Shown piece after piece: positions 59,187 to 64,000 of a DNA stretch of 64,000 nucleotides (the stretch's first letter is position 1; each line of letters opens with the position of its first letter). Below the pieces are notes generated by a model. It searched no databases. It was not told where the DNA came from and was given only the letters and a program-made list of their open reading frames with translations. Where the stretch lies: positions 7,502,001 to 7,566,000 of the forward strand of contig NC_091290.1 of assembly GCF_032444005.1 (NCBI RefSeq). The letters run 5' to 3'. Position numbers and translations under genes: made by a program. Origin of the DNA: Ranitomeya imitator. Taxonomy: Eukaryota.

Positions 59187-60674
59187 ATGGAGGACAGCGA
59201 TCCACAGGAGCTGCAGCCTAGGCAGCAGCACCACAAGAAGACAGACCCTAAGAGCGCTAGGAGTGGGTCTAGCAGCCGTTCTACACAGCGCAGCAGGTCT
59301 GCTGCGAAGACTAGTTCACCTCCTCGGGAACCTTCCATTCCAGACCCAGGGCCCCCTCCAGAACCGGTACCTGCCTGCACGTCCGAATGGTGAGTTGATC
59401 TTCGTGAATGTATTATAATAGGGCTCCCTCTTCTCCCTTAATAGGGAAAGAAGAAGCTGGAGAAAAGGAAAAACAAATCCTGCCCCATCTGTGACAAAGC
59501 TTTACCAGTAGCCTGGGACAAAAAGCTTTGTAAATCCTGCATCCAGCGTGTGCTATGTGAGGAGACTCCCGACTTTGCATCAGAGCTAAAAAATATCATT
59601 AGATCTGAGGTTCAGAATGCTGTATCTTCCTCCAAAAAAGGGAAAGATAAAGTAAAGGAAACAGTACAATCCCACTCTGTCCGATCCTCATCTGATGACG
59701 CAGATTCGGACGACTCTGACTCCTCCCTATCCTCCTCCGAGGAAGATTCAGGCCGACATTGTTTTCCTCTCGAGGAAGTGGATGCCTTAGTGAGAGCTGT
59801 TAGGGCTACTATGGGGGTGGAGGAGCCTAAACCTGACAAAACAGCCCAAGACGTTATGTTTGGTGGCTTGGGACAAAAAAAACGGAAAACCTTCCCTTTA
59901 AATCCCAATGTCCAATCCCTAATTAAAAAAGAATGGGAAAAACCTGATAGGAGAAACTCTTCAGTGCCCTCGCTTAAAAGAAAGTATCCCTTCGATGATG
60001 ACGCATCCACTTCCTGGGATAAGGCACCAAAGTTGGATGTAGCGGTGGCAAAAGCCTCGAAAAAATTTGCGCTCCCGTTCGAGGACATGGGTACCCTCAA
60101 AGACCCTTTAGATAAAAAAGCAGACACATTTCTTAAAGGGGCATGGGAATCGGCTGGGGGTAGCTTGAGGCCTACTGTTGCGGCTACCTGCACCTCCAGA
60201 TCTCTGATGGTGTGGGTTGATCAATTAGAAAGTCAAATTAGAGACGGGCTACCCAGGAATAAATTACTGGATTCTATCCCTGCAATCAGAGCAGCAGCAG
60301 CATTCCTGGCGGACTCCTCGGCAGACTCCGTACGGTTAACATCTAAGGCCGCTGCTCTCTCCAACGCAGCCAGAAGAACCTTATGGCTCAAAAGCTGGCC
60401 TGGGGATCTCCAGACAAAGCTAAAGCTATGTTCTATTCCGTGTGAAGGAAATTTTCTGTTTGGAGAGACCCTGGATGACATTCTCCAAAAAGCAGGAGAC
60501 AAAAAGAAAGGGTTTCCAAATTTGGGCCCAGCCCCATTCAGGCAGTCCTTTCGGAATCGGAGATTTTTCCGCCGCAGACCCCCCAGGGAGCAGAATAAAT
60601 GGGAAGAAGGCAGGAGAAGGGATAGAGGTTACCTCTTTGGCAACACCTCTCGTGACAAAAAACCCGCCAAATGA
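59187..60674 (+). CDS. DIRS ORF1 gag-like protein (LAP2alpha-like domain, N-terminal CxxC..CxxC), apparently split
   Basis: ORF1a from ATG 59187; ORF1b open 59445-60674 (CPICDK..LCKSC; KRKYPF..PKLDVAVA..LKDPLDKK); same frame, separated by stops. Confidence 0.8.
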
Positions 60675-62571
60675 CATTGTGCCTACGGTAGGGGGAAGAC
60701 TCACATCTTTCCTTCCCGCCTGGAAGAAAATATCCAACAACACCTGGATTCTAAACATCATACAGTACGGTCTAAAAATAGATTTTATTTCTTTTCCTCC
60801 CCGGAAGTACATAGAAACAAAAATAAGATCTTCAGTGGCAGAACAAGCAGCTTTAGAGAAAGAAATCATTTCCCTACTGCAAAAATCTGTGATTCAAGAA
60901 ATCCCTCCTCAGGAAGTAGGAGAAGGGTTTTTCTCCCCTCTTTTTTTAGTACCAAAACCCGACGGGTCCTTTCGGACCATTATAAATCTAAAAAACCTGA
61001 ACAAATACGTAAAAAATTACAAATTCAAAATGGAAACAATAAAGTCCACCATAAAAATCCTGTTTCCAAATTGCTACATGGTCGTGATAGACCTAACCGA
61101 TGCATATTATCATGTGCCCATCCACAATCAATCTCAAAAATTCCTGAGATTGGCACTTCCCATAAAAGGACAATTAAGATTTTTTCAGTACAGAGCTCTT
61201 CCGTTCGGAATCTCTATAGCCCCTCGAATATTCACGAAGGTAATAGCGGAAATGATGGCCCACATAAGGGAACAAAATATATTAATAGTCCTTTACCTAG
61301 ACGACTTTCTCATCGTAAGCAACTCGGCCCAAAGTTGCAAAGAACAGAGGGACCGGGTAATGACTATCTTGACGGACTTGGGGTGGCTCATAAACTTAAA
61401 AAAATCAAAGTTGGAACCCTGTCAAGTACAGGAGTTCCTAGGTCTGACATTAGACTCCCGAGTACAAGAATGCCGACTTCCAAACCCCAAAAAAGACAAC
61501 ATATTAGCCATGATATCGCAAACTTTTCACCATCCTTCCATGACTCTAAGGAGAGCAATGACACTACTAGGCTCTCTGTCCTCATGCCTACCAGCGATAC
61601 CCTTTGCACAGTTCCACACAAGAGAACTTCAGTGGCACGTACTCGAATGGCAGTCAATACTAAAGGACAACTTGGAAGGTCAAATCACCCTGAATTCTTC
61701 AGTTATTCATTCCCTTCGTTGGTGGGCAGAGAGCCAAAACTTATCAAAGGGAGTTCCTTGGGTGACACAAATATCCCGGGTGATAACAACCGATGCGAGT
61801 CCCACAGGGTGGGGGGCTCATATGGGGGACAGAGTGGCCCAGGGAACCTGGTCAGTTCAGGAAATATCAGCATCCTCAAACCAAAAAGAACTTTGGGCAG
61901 TGCTTCAGGCTCTTCTTTCTTTTCTGGCCTATATTCAGGGACATCATGTCCGAATTTTTTCAGACAACAAAGTGACTGTAGCGTATATAAACCACCAGGG
62001 AGGAACAAGGTCTCAGGCACTCATGAGTTCTTCAGCCAAAATTTTCAACCTTGCAGAAGAAAATCTACTATCCCTCTCTGCGCTACACATTCAGGGTTCA
62101 AACAACGAGAGAGCAGATTACCTGAGTCGATCGCTGTTAAAACAAGGAGAGTGGTCCCTAAACCATTCCATCTACGATCAGATCACAAAAATGTGGGGAG
62201 CACCGACAATAGATCTATTCGCCAATTACAAAAACAAAAAGGTGAAAAAATTCTGCTCGTTGAACCCGATAGGGAATCCACAGGCTCTAGATGCCTTTAT
62301 GATTCCGTGGACCCAAAAATTAACTTATGCCTTTCCTCCAACTATTCTGATCCCGGCAGTCATTCGGAAAGTCAGAGAGGACAAAACGAAAATGATCCTC
62401 ATAGCCCCGTTCTGGCCAAAAAGGACGTGGTTCTCCTGGCTGAGGATGCTTTCGGTCTCGGACCCATGGGTCCTGCCGAATATACCAGACCTTCTACATC
62501 AAGGGCCGATCTTCCACCCACAGGAATCGAACTTACATTTGACAGCCTGGTTTTTGAACGGGGACTATTAA
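60442..62571 (+). CDS. DIRS pol: RT, RNase H and Dam-like methyltransferase domain
   Basis: FFSPLFLVPKPDGSFRTIINLK, DLTDAYYHVPI, ALPFG, YLDD; ITTDAS..GWGAH, SDNKVTVAYINHQGGTRS; IDLFA..YAFPP; uninterrupted 709 codons. Confidence 0.95.
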   Translation: MKEIFCLERPWMTFSKKQETKRKGFQIWAQPHSGSPFGIGDFSAADPPGSRINGKKAGEGIEVTSLATPLVTKNPPNDIVPTVGGRLTSFLPAWKKISNNTWILNIIQYGLKIDFISFPPRKYIETKIRSSVAEQAALEKEIISLLQKSVIQEIPPQEVGEGFFSPLFLVPKPDGSFRTIINLKNLNKYVKNYKFKMETIKSTIKILFPNCYMVVIDLTDAYYHVPIHNQSQKFLRLALPIKGQLRFFQYRALPFGISIAPRIFTKVIAEMMAHIREQNILIVLYLDDFLIVSNSAQSCKEQRDRVMTILTDLGWLINLKKSKLEPCQVQEFLGLTLDSRVQECRLPNPKKDNILAMISQTFHHPSMTLRRAMTLLGSLSSCLPAIPFAQFHTRELQWHVLEWQSILKDNLEGQITLNSSVIHSLRWWAESQNLSKGVPWVTQISRVITTDASPTGWGAHMGDRVAQGTWSVQEISASSNQKELWAVLQALLSFLAYIQGHHVRIFSDNKVTVAYINHQGGTRSQALMSSSAKIFNLAEENLLSLSALHIQGSNNERADYLSRSLLKQGEWSLNHSIYDQITKMWGAPTIDLFANYKNKKVKKFCSLNPIGNPQALDAFMIPWTQKLTYAFPPTILIPAVIRKVREDKTKMILIAPFWPKRTWFSWLRMLSVSDPWVLPNIPDLLHQGPIFHPQESNLHLTAWFLNGDY

Positions 62572-63581
62572 AAGAAAGAGGTTTCTCGGATAATTTAATT
62601 ACCACGTTGTTAAAAAGTAGAAAACCCATCACTACTAAAATATATGGGAAAACTTGGAAAAAATTTCTGTCCGTCTCCAAAGTAAAAGTCCAAGATGGGC
62701 CCTCAATTCCTAAAATACTGGAGTTCCTACAAAAAGGTCTGGAACAGGGGTTGTCGGTTAGTACTCTTAAAGTACAAATAGCAGCTCTAGGAGCACTCTA
62801 TAACCATAATATTGCAGCCAACCCATGGATAATTAGATTCGTTAAGGCGGTGACAAGATCAAAGCCATTAGTCGCTCAGAAAGTGCCCTCATGGGACTTA
62901 AATTTAGTCCTCTCAGCATTAACGAGTCCTCCATTCGAACCCATAGAGACGATTTCCATTAAAACTCTATCACTTAAAACCATTCTCTTGGTAGCGTTAA
63001 CATCCGCACGCAGAATAAGTGACATTCAAGCCTTATCCTCTAATCCACCCTTCACTAAAATATTAGATGATAGAGTCACTCTTAGACCTGACCCGGCCTA
63101 TTTGTCAAAAGTGGCATCAAAATTCCATAGGTCACAAGAAGTCTCCCTGCCATCCTTTTGTTCAAACCCAAAAAATGAGAAAGAGCAAAACTTCCATAAT
63201 CTAGACGTCAGAAGGTGCCTAATCCAATACTTAGATTCCACCAGAGAGTATAGGAAGGAAGGCTCTCTATTTGTCTGTTTCCAGGGTCCCAGAAAAGTAT
63301 TTCGGGCATCCAAGGGTACTTTGGCGAGGTGGATAAAGGAGGCGATAGTCTTGGCATATTCATCCTCGGGGAATGAGATCCCAGATGGTATAAGAGCGCA
63401 TTCCACAAGAGCAGTAGCTACCTCATGGGCTGAGAGGTCAGAGGTATCGATAGAGCAAATCTGTAAAGCGGCCACCTGGTCATCACCATCGACCTTTTTT
63501 AGACACTATAGATTAAATCTAGCCTCTGTGTCTGACTTAACCTTCGGACGAAGGGTTCTCGAGGCGGTGGTCCCTCCCTAA
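61071..63581 (+). CDS. DIRS tyrosine recombinase ORF (5' part overlaps pol)
   Basis: LTSARRISDI (R), HSTRAVATSWA (HxxR), KAATWSSPSTFFRHY (W..Y); uninterrupted. Confidence 0.93.
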   Translation: MLHGRDRPNRCILSCAHPQSISKIPEIGTSHKRTIKIFSVQSSSVRNLYSPSNIHEGNSGNDGPHKGTKYINSPLPRRLSHRKQLGPKLQRTEGPGNDYLDGLGVAHKLKKIKVGTLSSTGVPRSDIRLPSTRMPTSKPQKRQHISHDIANFSPSFHDSKESNDTTRLSVLMPTSDTLCTVPHKRTSVARTRMAVNTKGQLGRSNHPEFFSYSFPSLVGREPKLIKGSSLGDTNIPGDNNRCESHRVGGSYGGQSGPGNLVSSGNISILKPKRTLGSASGSSFFSGLYSGTSCPNFFRQQSDCSVYKPPGRNKVSGTHEFFSQNFQPCRRKSTIPLCATHSGFKQRESRLPESIAVKTRRVVPKPFHLRSDHKNVGSTDNRSIRQLQKQKGEKILLVEPDRESTGSRCLYDSVDPKINLCLSSNYSDPGSHSESQRGQNENDPHSPVLAKKDVVLLAEDAFGLGPMGPAEYTRPSTSRADLPPTGIELTFDSLVFERGLLKERGFSDNLITTLLKSRKPITTKIYGKTWKKFLSVSKVKVQDGPSIPKILEFLQKGLEQGLSVSTLKVQIAALGALYNHNIAANPWIIRFVKAVTRSKPLVAQKVPSWDLNLVLSALTSPPFEPIETISIKTLSLKTILLVALTSARRISDIQALSSNPPFTKILDDRVTLRPDPAYLSKVASKFHRSQEVSLPSFCSNPKNEKEQNFHNLDVRRCLIQYLDSTREYRKEGSLFVCFQGPRKVFRASKGTLARWIKEAIVLAYSSSGNEIPDGIRAHSTRAVATSWAERSEVSIEQICKAATWSSPSTFFRHYRLNLASVSDLTFGRRVLEAVVPP

Positions 63582-63597
63582 GCTTAGTCTCTGCAAT

Positions 63598-63681
63598 TCT
63601 CTCCGTAGTGCTGTCATGGGAGACCGAGAAAGTCGTAGTTACTCACCGATAACGGTGTTTCTCGGAGCCCATGACAGCACT
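63598..63681. repeat. DIRS internal complementary region (ICR)
   Basis: 63598-63631 is the exact reverse complement of 58656-58689 and 63629-63681 of 63926-63978, sharing AAA 63629-63631. Confidence 0.97.
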
Positions 63682-63978
63682 CGCTTATTCCCTCCCATCA
63701 CGTGTGCGGTGAGCACCTTTAATTACATATAATTTATATACTGTATATAGTTTGAGTATAGGCACGGGGTTCCTCTTTTAAGAAATGTTGTAATATGATT
63801 TTTTCTCTGTTGTAAACTAACCTGGAGGTCCTCCGATGCTCTGTAAACCAACTGATGCGAGGGAGAGGTACCGCCCTTTTATCTGTAGGTTTCCTGTCCC
63901 TGAAGGGCGGATCCCCTCTCTCCGTAGTGCTGTCATGGGCTCCGAGAAACACCGTTATCGGTGAGTAACTACGACTTT

Positions 63979-64000
63979 CGCTATCGCTATCGAGGTACCC
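63979..64000 (-). mobile_element. Continuation of L1 ORF2 endonuclease
   Basis: Minus strand GTSIAIA joins across TTT/AAA to KGMPFQPRNLITDPNGRY in frame. Confidence 0.8.

Larger units (their letters stand above)
58656..63978 (+). mobile_element. Full-length DIRS1-type tyrosine-recombinase retrotransposon
   Basis: Left ITR 58656-58761, right ITR 63845-63949 plus extension to 63978, ICR 63598-63681, TTT at both ends, three overlapping ORFs. Confidence 0.97.

Noticed and set aside
61071-62560. Long overlap of the YR ORF with pol as a novel overlapping gene
   Set aside because: Extensive ORF overlap is an established DIRS feature.

Overview
Vertebrate genomic DNA, amphibian-like by its transposon content (species not identifiable from sequence alone). 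Three conserved syntenic genes are present: FNBP4 (+, exons 2-17, stop 9622), AGBL2/CCP2 (-, about 24 exons, 11345-34196) and MTCH2 (+, exons 1-10, continuing beyond the window). AGBL2 and MTCH2 are head-to-head on a promoter of about 100 bp. About 18 kb (about 29%, hand sum) is large intronic minisatellite, which explains nearly all very long ORFs in the track. The most notable item is an intact secreted phospholipase A2 gene (43476-44102, -) with a single-exon CDS, nested antisense in MTCH2 intron 1. It has the 16-Cys group X pattern, a furin propeptide, an intact catalytic site and Ca loop, a cationic core and a 50-aa basic tail with a second furin site. MTCH2 intron 10 holds a transposon nest: a Tc1 is interrupted by an L1, and the L1 is interrupted by (i) a 203-bp TTAA-flanked palindromic MITE whose arms differ almost only by G.T wobbles on one strand and (ii) a complete, apparently intact 5.3-kb DIRS1-type tyrosine-recombinase retrotransposon with ITRs, ICR and a split gag. 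No tRNA, rRNA or CRISPR array was found. Exon calls come from hand translation, splice-site and phase checks, and remembered human orthologue sequences; no database search was run.
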